Shown one piece after another: positions 1 to 11,935 of a stretch of 64,000 bases of DNA; positions within the stretch are counted from its first letter, which is position 1; each line of letters opens with the position of its first letter. Position numbers and translations under genes: made by a program. This stretch comes from Octopus sinensis. Lineage: Eukaryota. Where the stretch lies: assembly GCF_006345805.1 (NCBI RefSeq), contig NC_043025.1, forward strand, positions 13,578,001 through 13,642,000, in the 5' to 3' direction. Below the pieces are notes generated by a model, which worked only from the letters and a program-made list of their open reading frames with translations, made no database searches and was not told the origin of the DNA.

Positions 1-172
1 CCTGTCAGTGTTCCCTTCCCAGAAAATCTTATACTTATTTTGTTCTTTGCCTGTGAGGAACTCAGCAGAACTTCCTCTCCACCTTACTTCTCGGCTGAAG
101 CACAAACCCACATCGCTCTGTGGAGATGTTCAAATTTCACATATTCCAATTTTGTGGGTGTCGGGTGTAATT

Positions 173-552
173 CAAAATATATTCACCAATTCCACCCCAC
201 CACCCTTATTCGAAATATATTCACCAATTTCACCCCACCACCCTTATTCGAAATATATTCACCAATTCCACCCCACCACCCTTATTCGAAATATATTCAC
301 CAATTCCACCCCACCACCCTTATTCGAAATATATTCACCAATTTCACCCCACCACCCTTATTCGAAATATATTCACCAATTCCACCCCACCACCCTTATT
401 CGAAATATATTCACCAATTCCACCCCACCACCCTTATTCGAAATATATTCACCAATTTCACCCCACCACCCTTATTCGAAATATATTCACCAATTTCACC
501 CCACCACCCTTATTCGAAATATATTCACAAATCCCACCCCAGCACCCTTATG
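173..552. repeat. 38-bp minisatellite, about 10 copies (CGAAATATATTCACCAATTYCACCCCACCACCCTTATT)
   Basis: Unit starts at 211, 249, 287, 325, 363, 401, 439, 477, 515 (period 38); explains ORFs 8..667 and 40..555. Confidence 0.97.
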
Positions 553-785
553 TAAATCCGGTGGAGCATCTGGAATTACAATATTTCTTGCACAAACATC
601 TGTTTCTCTGCATATTTGTTTAAATTTTCCTCTCCTCGCTTATTTATTTATCTATTTATTTCTTTAATTAAACTAATTATTCCTGCCAACATTTTTATTT
701 TTTTTAATAAGTATTCACTAACACACACACATATATATGTATATGACAATATATATGCATATATATATATATATATATAGGCAAT

Positions 786-960
786 ATATACGCATATATA
801 TATATAGGTGCAGGAGTGGCTGTGTGGTAAGTAGCTTGTTTACCAACCACATGGTTCCGGGTTCAGTCCCACTGCATGGCAGCTTGGGCAAGTGTCTTCT
901 ACTATAGCTTCGGGCCGACCAAAGCCTTGTGAGTGGATTTGGTAGACGGAAACTGACAAA
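786..960 (+). mobile_element. SINE family A, tRNA-derived head half only
   Basis: GGAGTGGCTGTGTGGTAAG (A-box-like) ... GGTTCAGTCCC (B-box-like) ... GGAAACTGA; the same head recurs more than 20 times in the window. Confidence 0.85.
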
Positions 961-1424
961 ATATATAGTGCGTGTGTTTTTATTGGCTAAACTGGCAAAA
1001 TGACCATTCCGAAATACAACAATATCTGTTTCAACACGTGACTTCACATAAAAAATCTTGCACAACAAATATATAAATCTAGAGATCTTTGCTTAGAAAA
1101 AGCTTTCCTTTCACCCTCCATAAATTTCTTGGTAACACACAGAAGCATTTGTTATGGAAGTAGAAACTTTTGCCCTTCGACTAAAATTTGGATCTTGTGC
1201 TTGAAAAACAAAACTTGTAAACCCAGGGTCTTGTAAAGTAGGGCCTTGTAAAGTAAGGTATTACTGTATATAGAGGTAGGGGATAACAGGACAGCAGGGA
1301 TACAGTTGGCGGGGCAGTGAGTACAGGATTGGGCTGCTGTAGTGAGGAAGGAGAAATAAGCAGAGTTCTTAAAAAGAAAAGAGGAAATATAATTTGGTTT
1401 AATGGAGCAGAATGTGTGAAAAAT

Positions 1425-2005
1425 AGTGGCTGTGTGGTAAGTAGCTTGTTTACCAACCACATGGTCCCGGGTTCAGTCCCACTGCGTAGCACCTCGAGCA
1501 AGTGTCTTCTACTATAGCCTCAAGCCGACCAAAGCCTTGTGAGTGGATGTGGTAGATGGAAACTGAAAGAAGCCTGTCGTATATATGTATGTGTCTGTAT
1601 ATGTTTGTGTGTCTGTGTTTGTCCCCCTAGCATTGCTTGACAACCGATGCTGGTGTGTTTATGTCCCCGTTACTTAGCGGTTTGGCAAAAGAGACCGATA
1701 GTTAGTTAGTTAGTTAGTTAGTTAATATGGCTCAAAAGCAAATAGCAAGGCCATGTAGGGGGACATGGAGTTAAGTACAGGGTGGTGTTCATGTAAAGAG
1801 TTCAGGCCACTTGAGGTCAAGGGAGGCTTTGAACAAAGAGGTCGTCGGCATCTTCACCATCTCGTCTGGCAGCTTGTTCCACGGATAGAATAAGTACTGG
1901 GCTTACAGAAAGAATAAGTCCCAGGGTCGAGTTGCTCGATTAAAGGCAGTGCTCCAGAATGGCCGCAGTCAAATGACTGAAACAAGTAAAAGAGAGTAAA
2001 GAGAA
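1425..2005 (+). mobile_element. SINE family A, near full length, interrupted by a CR1 fragment
   Basis: Head + (TA/TG)n + tail ending AAACAAGTAAAAGAG; tail split at GAGACCGATA / GATAGAATAAG. Confidence 0.9.
1701..1883 (-). mobile_element. 5'-truncated CR1-type LINE 3' end with (ACTA)n tail
   Basis: Minus strand reads PWNKLPDEMVKMPTTSLFKASLDLKWPELFT*, a typical CR1 ORF2 C-terminus, then short UTR and (ACTA)n. Confidence 0.8.
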
Positions 2006-2749
2006 TATTACATGTGGTCGGAATACAGTGTTACCAAAACACACTTTCCCTGAGATGGGTGGTTCTTCTCAAGAACCTCAGTCTATTGTCATCGCCATAA
2101 GGCCCAGCATCCTGAGACCGGTCTTGACTACTTCATCACTTCGTCCCATTTATATTGTGCGTATGCGTTCATCAAATTATATAATGGATCAATCAAGCAA
2201 TCTTGTAATTAATGATTTTATCTTCTTTTAAACTCCTAATTAATTATGCATGCTACACGTATATTATAACATTAATTGGAGCAAATTGGTTTAGATTAAT
2301 TTCAGTTTGTCAGTAATATGGATAAAACTGGCTGTAAAATTGCTCTCCTTTCTACTTTGTGGCATTTCTGATGTAGCAATCACATTAATTTATGTCTGTC
2401 GCATAATGTGTGACACACGTACACACATTATATTTAAAGATTTTTAAACAAAAAACTGCCCTTCCGAACCTGTTAAAAGGATTTTGCTCCTGAAAAATGG
2501 AGGTCATGGAGCTCTAAAATGTGGGAGTTAAGGCCCCTATTGGGGGTGGGTGTCTTAATGTCAACCAGAGAAGTTGAATTGTTGAGAATCTTTTTAACTT
2601 GGGTCTTATATGTATTGTTCAAATTTCTTTGAAATAGGAAATATATGTATGTTCACTGGGTTTGTAAAAGAGAGCAAAGCTACAGAAAACCAAAAGACGA
2701 ATGATCACAATAAGCAGTCAGTTACCCTACCCTAGTCGTTACCACTAGT

Positions 2750-2960
2750 ATTCGTCCTGCTTTAATGCAAGAAAGTATACTAGTCCCTTAATATTTTATA
2801 TTCAATATTTCATCTATTCAATAAGACAATCAATACTTCATTTCATTTTACTATATATATATAAATATTATTTATAGTATATATTCTATATTCTACATTA
2901 ATATTATAAAGAATATAAATAAAACATAAAAAATAGAGTTGGAATTCCTTTGAATAATAT
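2750..2960 (+). mobile_element. Dispersed repeat with 3' half of a hammerhead-like fold (family F6); second copy at 20320-20515
   Basis: TGC-TTTAAT-GCA-A-GAAA-GTATAC-TA-GTCCC followed by about 170 bp shared with 20340-20515. Confidence 0.6.
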
Positions 2961-2976
2961 ATATATATATAAATAA

Positions 2977-3360
2977 GGCACAGGAGTGGCTGTGTGGTAA
3001 GTAGCTTGCTTACCAACCACATGGTTCTGGGTTCAGTCCCACTGCATGGCACCTTGGGCAAGTGTCTTCTACTATAGCCTCGGATGGACCAGAGCCTTGT
3101 GAGTGGATTTGGTAGACGGAAACGGAAAGAAGCCTGTTGTATATATGTATATGTTTGTGTGTCTGTTGTGTTTGTCCCCCAAACATTGCTTGACGACCGA
3201 TGCTGGTGTGTTTACGTCCCTGTAACTTAGTGGTTCGGAAAAGAGACTGATAGAATAAGTACTAGGCTTACAAAGAATAAGTCCTGGGGGTTGATTTGCT
3301 CGACTAAAGGTGGTGCTCCAGCATGGCCGTAGTCACATGACTGAAACAAGTAAAAGAGTA
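2977..3360 (+). mobile_element. SINE family A, full length
   Basis: Head, central microsatellite and tail all present. Confidence 0.92.
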
Positions 3361-3391
3361 TATATATATATATATATATTAATATATACAT

Positions 3392-3423
<32 letters not shown>

Positions 3424-3424
<1 letters not shown>

Positions 3425-3815
3425 CTAGCAGTGTTGCTCGGGTTTGTAAGGGAAATAGCTATATAAGCATTTTCAGAGAGTTATAGCCAAAAAATAGCTA
3501 AAAATGCATTAAAAATTGGGAAAAAATGATGGTAAATTTTTTTTTAAATCGTTGACTCATCGTAGACATTTTTAGATAGTTACTTCCCTTATATAATAGC
3601 GAAAAAATGCATTAAAATGGAAAAAATTATGGTAAATTATTTTAAAAATCATAGACTCATCGTAGACGCGCGCTAATACCCAGAAGGGCTCGATATGAAT
3701 CACGACTATAAGATACCCGGTTTTGGTTAAACTGCACCGCAAAATGTGGGAGTGGTTAGGAATCTAAATCGAAGGGGACAGACACTCACACAACTACAGT
3801 TTTATATATAAAGAT
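3424..3815 (+). mobile_element. Non-autonomous Helitron-type element (HINE/Lep1-like)
   Basis: Starts ACTAGCAG..GTTGCTCGGG, ends TTTTATATATAAAGAT; internal duplicated AT-rich block; about 7 related copies; no TSD or TIR seen. Class inferred from terminal motifs. Confidence 0.7.
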
Positions 3816-3846
3816 ATATATATATATATCTATATATATATATATA

Positions 3847-4413
3847 CACTTGCGTCGGAAATTAATTAGCACTTCTCAAATTTCTACATTTTCTTACATT
3901 TTCTTAATTTAATTAACTTATTATCAGAAACGAACTCGTTTTTAATCAAAAATTTATTAAAACATATCCCAGCACACCACATAATTGTTAATAATCGTGA
4001 AATTTAGTCAATATCTTGTTGCTCCTCCTTTGGCAGCAATGAGAGCTGCTACGCGGGTCGGCATGCTGTCTATGAGTGCCTGCAGGTACTGTGCAGGGAT
4101 GGCCCCTCATGCAGCAAGAAGTGCCCCAAACAGCTCGTGTCGGTTCCTGTATTGCTGCACATTCAAATCCCTACCCAATCGACTCCAGAGGTTCTCAATA
4201 GGGTTCAGGTCAGGTGACTGGCCAGCACGTACTCCTCGCCACCAAAGAGGTATCCCGTACTATCTCAACGTACTTTGCTGCGTTGATGTTGCCTTCGACG
4301 GCATAGAGCCGCCCAACACCACTGTAGCTGAACGCCCCTCACACCATCAGACCACCCCCACCATGCTTCATGGTGAGCAAATCAAGGGTGCTAATTAATT
4401 TCTGACGGTAGTG
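3847..4413 (-). mobile_element. Internally deleted Tc1 DNA transposon
   Basis: 26-bp TIRs CACTWSCGTCRGAAATTAATTAGCAC flanked by TA; minus strand gives TMKHGGGGLMV, GVGRLYAVEGNINAAKYVEI, GQSPDLNPIENLW and SMPTRVAALIAAKGGATRY* with stops and frameshifts. Confidence 0.93.
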
Positions 4414-4896
4414 TATATATATACATTTCTTAGTATACATGTATGTGTGTTTATGTCTGCAACAAGTTTACAGTGAGTGGGGTAGCAAAGTAAGAAAAAT
4501 CCAAAGTGTATACAGGCATGTATGTATGTATGTATGTGTGTGTGTGTATACAGCAGAGGAAGATGAACCGACTGATATGGCCATTCTTAAATACACAGAG
4601 CCACTGAGATGACATGGAATGGTCTTTGTTTAAATTGGAGGAAGCTTCACCACAAGCCACGAGTATTTTTAACACCTTATTCTTATTTCATAAGAACAGA
4701 GAGAGAGAGAGAGAGAGAGAGTGTGTGTGTGTGTGTGTGTGTGGTGGGTGCACTGTTTTTGTAAGTAGTTTGTGACTGGCAGTGACTCTCCCTGATTAAG
4801 ATGGCATCAATGTATGTATGTGTGTGTATGTTTGTTTGTATATATATATGTATGTATGTATGCATGTTTATATGTATGTATGTATGTGTATGTATG

Positions 4897-4931
<35 letters not shown>

Positions 4932-5071
4932 TCTTGATCACCTTGACCGACCAGGTTATCAGATGTTGCTACACATCGCTGGTCACAATGCGCTTCGCAT
5001 TGTTTTGGCCTTCAAATGATGCCACCCCGCTGGCTAAGCAAGCAGTCCAATATATATATATATATAAATAT

Positions 5072-5273
5072 ACTCTTTTACTTGTTTCAGTCATTTTGAC
5101 TGCGGCCATGCTGGAGCACCGCCTTTAGTCGATCAAATCGACCCCGGGACTTATTCTTTATTTTATCGGTCTCCTTTGCCGAACCGCTTAGTGACGGGGA
5201 CGTAAACACACTAGCATCGGTTGTCAAGCAATGCTAGGGGGACAAACACAGACACACAAACACACACACACAT

Positions 5274-5305
<32 letters not shown>

Positions 5306-5492
5306 GTATATATATATATACATATATACGACAGGCTTCTTTCAGTTTCCGTCTACCAAATCCACTCACAAGGCATTGGTCGGCCCGGGGCTATAGCAGA
5401 AGACACTTGCCCAAGATGCCACGCAGTGGGACTGAACCCGGAACCATGTGGTTGGTTAGCAAGCTACTTACCACACAGCCACTCCTGCGCCT
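5072..5492 (-). mobile_element. SINE family A, full length
   Basis: Reverse complement of head-microsatellite-tail. Confidence 0.92.
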
Positions 5493-5494
5493 AC

Positions 5495-5529
<35 letters not shown>

Positions 5530-5530
<1 letters not shown>

Positions 5531-5745
5531 TCTCTTTTACTCTTTTCAGTCGTCTGACTGCGGCCATGCTGGAGCACCACCTTTAGTCGAGCAAATCGAC
5601 CCCAGGACTTATTTTTTGTAAGCCTAGTACTTATTCTGTCGGTGTCATTTGCCGAACCGATTGTATAAGTAGGAGACTCTTGGCCAAGGTGCCACGCAGA
5701 ACCATCTGGTTGGGACACAAACTTCTTACCACACAGCCACACGTA
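5530..5745 (-). mobile_element. SINE family A, partial (tail plus head fragment)
   Basis: CTCTTTTCAGTC...GCCGAACC then GGCCAAGGTGCCACGCAG...ACCACACAGCCAC. Confidence 0.8.
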
Positions 5746-6094
5746 TTCTAAATATGGTAGCAGCTTTTTGCCTCATTCAGCATTTCGTAAAAAGATATGG
5801 CAAAGAGGTGAAATGAATATGGATTCTCAGTTCAAACAGACTGAAGGAACAGCAAAGAAGATTGCTTGCAAATGTGATATATTCATACCAACCACCCCCA
5901 ACACACTGTCATCAAAGACAGACACACCATGTTGAATTTGAGAGGAATTTTTGATGCTTGTAAGAAATTCACACCTGAACACTATGTATCATTCACAGAA
6001 TCTTGTTTTTTGAAAAATACAGGTAAAATATTTCAATATTTTACAAAAGGAAATTTCTAAATTTTGTGCTTTTAATCCAAAACATTTTATAGTA

Positions 6095-6460
6095 TAGGCG
6101 TAGGAGTGGCTGTGTGGTACATAGCTTGCTTACAAACCACATGGTTCCAGGTTCAGTCCCACTGCATGGCACCTTGGGCAAGTGTCTTCTAGTATAACCT
6201 TGGGCCAAACAAAACCTTGTGAGTGGATTTGGTAGACGGAAACTGAAAAAAGCCCATCGTATATATATATATATGTGTGTGTGTGTGTATTTGTCCCCCC
6301 AACATCACTTGACAAACGATGCTGGTGTTTTTACATCCCCATAACTTAGCAGTTCGGCAAAAGAGATCGATAGAATAAGTACTAGGTTTACAAAGAATAA
6401 GTCCTGGGGTCCATTTGCTCGACTAAAAAGTGGTGTTCCAGCATGGCCGCAGTCAAATGA
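6095..6460 (+). mobile_element. SINE family A, full length, diverged
   Basis: Head, microsatellite and tail. Confidence 0.88.
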
Positions 6461-6509
6461 CACATCACCTGGTCTGACGTATATATTCTGTTGTGTCTGG
6501 GCAGAGTCA

Positions 6510-7015
6510 TTTTCTTTTTGTGCCTTATAATGTAACACACTCACCGGTAAAATTTCCACTTATTTCTTATTTTTATTTTCCTAATATTTTCGTTGCGTCT
6601 TGTAACCTTTTCAATAGTCTTGACTCTTGAAAAGGTTGCAAGATGCGTGTCTATATATATATATATGTGTATATATTTATATATATATACTCTTTTACTT
6701 GTTTCAGTCATGTGACTACGGCCATGCTGGAGCACCACCTTTAGTCGAGCAAATCGACCCCCAGGACTTATTCTTTGTAAGCCTAGTACTTATTCTATCG
6801 GTCTCTTTTGCCGAACCACTAGGTTACAGGGACGTAAACACATTCCTTATTTTTATTTTCCTAATATTTTTGTTGCGTCTTGCAACCTTTTGAGAGTCAA
6901 GACTATTGAAAAGGTTACAAGACGCAACGAAAATATTAGGAAAATAAAAATAAGAAATAAGTGGAAATTTTACCGGTGAGTGTGTTACATTATAAGGTAC
7001 AAAAAGAAAACACAA
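6510..7015. repeat. Foldback: inverted arms 6510-6640 and 6880-7015, each with a hammerhead-like motif (family F5); SINE A tail between them
   Basis: Arms are near-perfect reverse complements over about 115 bp; motif TTGAAAA-G-GTTRC-AAGAC-GCAAC-GAAA-ATATT at 6906-6937 (+) and 6583-6614 (-). Confidence 0.7.
6688..6842 (-). mobile_element. SINE family A tail half
   Basis: CTCTTTTACTTGTTTCAGTC...GGGACGTAAACA. Confidence 0.88.
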
Positions 7016-7439
7016 GAGAATCTTATTTCACACCTTTTCTTCTTTTTTCTGCAGGAAGTTCAACTGAATGGCTTAACATATTTGTCTTCTTTCTTATTTT
7101 CCTTTTTTAAAAATTATTTTGAGTGTACATTCAACAGGTTTGAGTGTCAGGTTTTGGACCACATCAAACAATCTTCTGTTTTGTTAAAGAAAGCAAGAAA
7201 TAAAAGAATGACACACTCTATAAAGTAAAATGTTTGCTCTTCGTGAGGAAAACCATTTCAGTTGTTTTCACCTGGTGACCACGTTTAAACTCGTTTCTTG
7301 TAGCAAGTTGTACTGAAGCGGCACATGGTTTCGTTTTTGGATGAAAGAAAAGGAAAAAGAAGAAACTGTTGAAATTTTCTTCGTTAACCTGGTTGTAGAA
7401 GGTCTGACTCAAACATGTCACGTACAAGGTCAGGTGTTA

Positions 7440-8060
7440 CTGGCGAAGCAAAAAAATTACAGGTGAGTTGAAAAATTACATACTGCAAAAATTACTGGCA
7501 AGTTGAAAAATTACAGGTGGGTTGAAAAAGCTGTGTGGTAAGTAGCTTGTTTACCAACCACACGGTTCCGGGTTCAGTCCCACTGCGTGGCACCTTGGGC
7601 AAGTGTCTTCTACTATAGCTTCAGGCCGACCAAAGCCTTGTGAGTGGATTTGGTAGATGGAAACTGAAAGAAGCCCGTCGAATATATGTATGTATATATA
7701 TATATATATGCGTGTGTGTCTTTGTGTGTCTGTGTTTGTCCCCCTAGCATTGCTTGACAACCGATGCTGGTGTGTTTATGTCCCCGTTACTTAGCGGTTC
7801 GGCAAAAGAGACCGATAGAATAAGTACTGGGCTTACAAAAGAATAAGTCCCGGGGTCGAGTTGCTCGATTAAAGGCGGTGCTCCAGCATGGCCGCAGTCA
7901 ACTGACTGAGACAAGTAAAAGAGTAAGCTGAAAAATTACAGGTGAATTAGAAAATTACAGATGAGTTGAAAAACAACAGGCAAGTTGTAAAAAAATTTAC
8001 AGACGAGTCGAAGAATTACAGGTTAAGTTGGAAAAAATTAAAGGTAAGCCGAAAAATTTC
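7440..8060. repeat. Degenerate tandem repeat of about 19-20 bp (AAAAATTACAGGTGAGTTG) interrupted by a SINE
   Basis: Units at 7450-7530 and 7925-8055. Confidence 0.8.
7528..7925 (+). mobile_element. SINE family A, near full length
   Basis: Head (slightly 5'-truncated), microsatellite, tail. Confidence 0.92.
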
Positions 8061-8100
8061 CCTTTGTATAACGGTCATTTTTCATAGCGTTTTTCCGATG

Positions 8101-8170
8101 GCCAGGTAACTGAAGAGATGTCAGCGTGGATTTCCACCTCAGCATCCAAAACTGAGAGTTTTATCTTGGC
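8101..8170 (+). ncRNA. Decayed type I hammerhead-like motif (family F3)
   Basis: Stem I GCCAGGTAA/TTATCTTGGC, CTGAAGA, stem II GATG..CATC, GAAA mutated to AAAA; about 150 bp homologous to 26975-27100. Confidence 0.6.
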
Positions 8171-8205
8171 TACCGAATAATGGTCACATATTATTTTATA
8201 GATAA

Positions 8206-8570
8206 ACTAGCAGTATCACCTGGCGTTGATCGGGTTTGTAAGGGAAATAACTATATAAGCATTTTTAGAGAGTTATAGCCAAAAAATGGAAAAAAAATTA
8301 TGGTAAATTTTTTTTTAAATCGTTGACTCATCGTAGACATTTTTAGAGAGTTACTTCCCTTATATAATAGCGAAAATGCATTAAAATGATGGTAATTTTT
8401 TTTTAAATCGTAGACTCATCGTAGACGCGCGCTAATACCCAGAAGGGCTCGATATGAATCACGACTATAAGATACCCGCTTTTGGTTAAACTGCACCGCA
8501 AAATGTGGGAGTAGTTAGGAATCTAAATCGTAGGAGACAGACACACAACTTCACTTTTATATATAAAGAT
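8206..8570 (+). mobile_element. Helitron-type non-autonomous element
   Basis: Same termini and body as 3424-3815. Confidence 0.72.
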
Positions 8571-9129
8571 TTCCTCTATTTACATAATATTGAGGTCTCT
8601 TTCTTTCATTTGTTATCTTACCATTTTTATCAATATATATATGGCCCTTTTATGCTTGTTCGTTCATTCCTCCTCTCTCACATTTCTTTGCCTTCTCTTC
8701 TTACTCACTTTCCCTTCACTGTGTCCCTGTTTTTTTCACGCCCCTCCTTAATTCTTCTGTCCCTCTGCTTCTACTTCAGTCTCTTCTCTTTCCACGTGAC
8801 TGCCTCAGCCAAGCCTGTCTTTTCTTTCTTGGTCTGGCCGTTGTCCGTACAACAGCGATATTCTTCCCTGTGTATGTGAAACTTTGCATCTCTGCTGTAA
8901 GGCTTCATTTCCATACGCACTAGCTTAATTCAATTCGTCCTTAGTCGAAAGACGCCTGTTTTTATGTCCTGTTATTATTTTTATTGTATTTATATTTGTG
9001 TAACATTTCTCCGGTTTTTTTTTTCCCGTCCTTGTTTTTGTATACATTCGCTGCTTTCTTCCAAGGAATCTAATGCTCTTAGCTTAGTTTTTCCTTGGGG
9101 GCTGGCCAGATTGGAGCAATCTCAAGTAT

Positions 9130-9300
9130 ACTCAGCCAAAATTGTGAGGATGATCCAGTTCTTGACTGAGAAAAGAAAACTTCGAATGACTCTGATCTGT
9201 CCTTGTTTTCTTTGTATCGTCTATCTGGATGTTTTGTTGTCCTATTTTTGTATCACCTAACTGTCCGGATGTTTTGCGTTCTTGTCCTTGTATTTTATAT
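9130..9300. repeat. Dispersed repeat, inverted relative to its copy at 46110-46275
   Basis: CAGCCAAAATTGTGAGGATGATCCAGTTCTT and GGATGTTTTGTTGTCC blocks shared. Confidence 0.75.
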
Positions 9301-9749
9301 ATATATGTGTGTTTCTCCTCCACCACTGCTCGACAATTGGTGTTGCTATGTTCATATCCCTATAACTCAGGGGTTCGGCAAAAGAGACTGATAGAATATG
9401 TATCAGGAATTTTTTGAAAAAAAAGAAGAAAAATAACTACTGCGGTCAATTCATTCATCTCAAAAATTCTTCAAGGCACTGCCCCAGCATGGCCACAGTC
9501 TAAGTAAACGAAAGATAATGGAATATAAGCACTAATACCAATTTGTTCAACTAAGCTGGAATCCTCGGCATTTTTTGCTTGAACCCCGCAAATTCTGAGT
9601 TCAAATTCCATCACATGTTACTTGGACTCGACATATTAGCGATGACCATTTAATGTAGTGGTTCTGATTTTTGGGGGTCCACATAACCGGAGATCCACCA
9701 TAGTATTTTAAGGGCCCCTGAAAAAAATCTTGCTTTAGATGTATGTATT

Positions 9750-10105
9750 GGTATGGAGATATGCTGTGCTTGAGAAGACCTGGCAAGCGAAGTGAGATCT
9801 TCGCTGTGGCCTAGGCCAGTGTTGTGTAACTGGCCCCTATAAGAGGACCCTTCAATCGTTGAACAATATGCTGTGCTTGAGAAGACTGTTGAGTCAAATG
9901 AAATCATTGGCATGGCTGATGCCAGCACTGCCTGACTGGCTCTCATGCCGGTGGCACATAAAAAGCACCATAGGAGCATGGTTGATGCCAATGCTGCTTC
10001 ACTGGCTCCTGTGCCACCGGCACATAAGAAGCGCCATTTAAGCATGGTTGATGCCAGTGGCACATAAAAAGCACACACTACGCTCTCGGAGTAGTTGACA
10101 TTAGG
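9750..10105 (+). mobile_element. SINE-like family D, diverged copy with internal modules of about 60 bp
   Basis: GTGGCACATAAAAAGCACC modules and TTAGGAAGGGCATCC. Confidence 0.7.
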
Positions 10106-10306
10106 AAGGGCATCCATCTTTCCTCCTGCATCTTGCCTACGACAGACCGGCGTCCCATCCAGGTGGGGAACCTATACGTCAAGGAAACTGGGAAACCGGC
10201 CCTTATGAGCCAAGCATGACTTGAGAAGGAAAAAACAACAACAATTATTTTTATCTAAGGCATCACCTTTGGGATCTTTTCATTTTGAACGGCACTTTAT
10301 AACATA

Positions 10307-10672
10307 ACTAGCAGTATCGCCCGGCGTTGCTCAGGTTTGTAAGGGAAATAACTATAAAGCATTTTTAGAGAGTCATACCCCAAAAATAGCAAAGAAATGG
10401 GGAAAAAATGATGGTAAATTTTTTTTGATAGTTAAAAAGGTCGAGTTGCGTCCCCTAGACAGTTTGTGGTTTGTGTTTCTGATTCTCGACCCCATGTCGA
10501 ATTTATCGATTTTTTTCAGAACTGGGGGAACTTTTCAAAATTTTCGCTGCGTTAGTTTTGAATTATGACATTGGGCTATGTGTGTGTCAAGTTTCATCAG
10601 AATCGGTTGAAAGCCGTGGTCAGGGTGAGGGTACAACCAAACAGACAAACTGCCGTTTATATAGAGAGAGAT
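10307..10672 (+). mobile_element. Helitron-type element with the family 5' end but a different 3' half
   Basis: ACTAGCAGTATCGCCCGGCGTTGCTC start; ends CCGTTTATATAGAGAGAGAT. Confidence 0.6.
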
Positions 10673-10819
10673 TTCTAGGTAACTAAAAAGTTTTAAACTT
10701 TGAATTCTGGTAATTTGTAGAAAATTTCATTAAAAAAAAGCATCAACGTTCCCGAATGTTACAAGACAACACAGTAACAGAGTGGCTGGGGCCCTATTGT
10801 GTAGTTATGCCTAAATTCA

Positions 10820-10925
10820 TAATAATAATAATGAAATTATTGTATCCAGTGCTCAGGTGCCCCACAACTTGTCCAAAGTGCGTATAAAGCATCTGCAGTG
10901 ATGTAGAAATGTCTGTGAAGAGAAG
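10820..10925 (-). mobile_element. CR1 3' UTR/tail fragment
   Basis: Matches 51655-51760 (AATGAAATTATTGTAT.CAGTGCTCAGGTGC...) with (ATT)n tail. Confidence 0.75.
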
Positions 10926-11015
10926 ATAACACTACTAGGCACCTCACACATCCTACGTAAAACACTTTCAATACAGTAAAGACCCCCTATGGTCTTACCA
11001 CTATCATTAATAGGG

Positions 11016-11312
11016 GGGCGAGCTGGACGAAATGCTTAGCGGTGTTTCACCCGTCGCTACGTTCTGAGTTCAAACTCAGCACGAGGTTCACTTTTCCTCT
11101 CATGCTTCTTGGGTCGATAAACTGGGTCAAACGCAAAACTAGTAGAAGGGATCGAAAAGGCGGCGAGCTTGCCAATTAGTGCGCCGAAAGAAATACTTAG
11201 ATGTACTCAGACCGAGCGACTATCCGGGGGAAACGAACCCCCCAGACCGTCACGTCGGACGAAGTACACCTAAGCATTTCGTCCGACGCGCTAACGTCCG
11301 GGCCAGCTACCG
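11016..11312. mobile_element. Cluster of decayed SINE family C heads, partly inverted
   Basis: GGCGAGCTGG..GAAATGCTTAGCGG on + twice and CTAAGCATTTCG..GCCAGCT on -. Confidence 0.6.
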
Positions 11313-11812
11313 CCATGAAAAAAACATTGTAAAAATAACTTATTTAATTTAAAAAGAAAAAAAGAAGAAAAATTCAAGGCTGTCCTTCGTCGCTTTTAGA
11401 CATTCTACCATTATTCCCACAACATTCTTTAACGTTTTCTCTCAAAATGGCTTTTTTTTTCAACCCAGTTTTGCTTTCACTTCTATTCAAAGCAGAATGC
11501 TTTTGCATCCAGACTCTCCTAAAAACCACACATATATAATATAAATATATACATGCATACCTACGTAAATATGTATATGCTACAGGATATCTTCTAGTTA
11601 ACCAAACACTTTTACACTTCCTATACTGGTAGAATATGTTTATAAAACATCATTTTCTCTTGACTTTACTGAGAAAATTCTATAGTTTGTAAGATATTTC
11701 GTCTTTAATTTCGAGCATTTCGCCAATTTTAACCATTGCGTCCATTTAGGTAAATAAAATTCTGTGCATAATGAATATGTCCCTCGTTTAAGAAACTGAT
11801 TGGGTTTATTGA

Positions 11813-11935
11813 TACCGTAATGGACATGGCCAGTCTGAAGGAAGCGGCCCAGGATAGGACTGACTGGAGGACACTGATCCAACGAGTGACCGAGAGTCGA
11901 CTTCGATTGAGCTGATAAAGAAGAAGAAGAAGAAT
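11813..11935 (+). mobile_element. RTE (BovB-like) LINE 3' end with (GAA)n tail
   Basis: 11820-11915 reads MDMASLKEAAQDRTDWRTLIQRVTESRLRLS*, matching the RTE C-terminal DRxxWR..V.xSRxRL pattern. Confidence 0.82.

Noticed and set aside
8-667. 219-aa and 171-aa ORFs
   Set aside because: Translations of the 38-bp minisatellite; periodic peptide with no protein features
5780-6022. Unique segment with acceptor-like CATTCAG and donor-like CAG/GTAAAA
   Set aside because: All three frames contain stops between the sites, and no recognisable protein similarity
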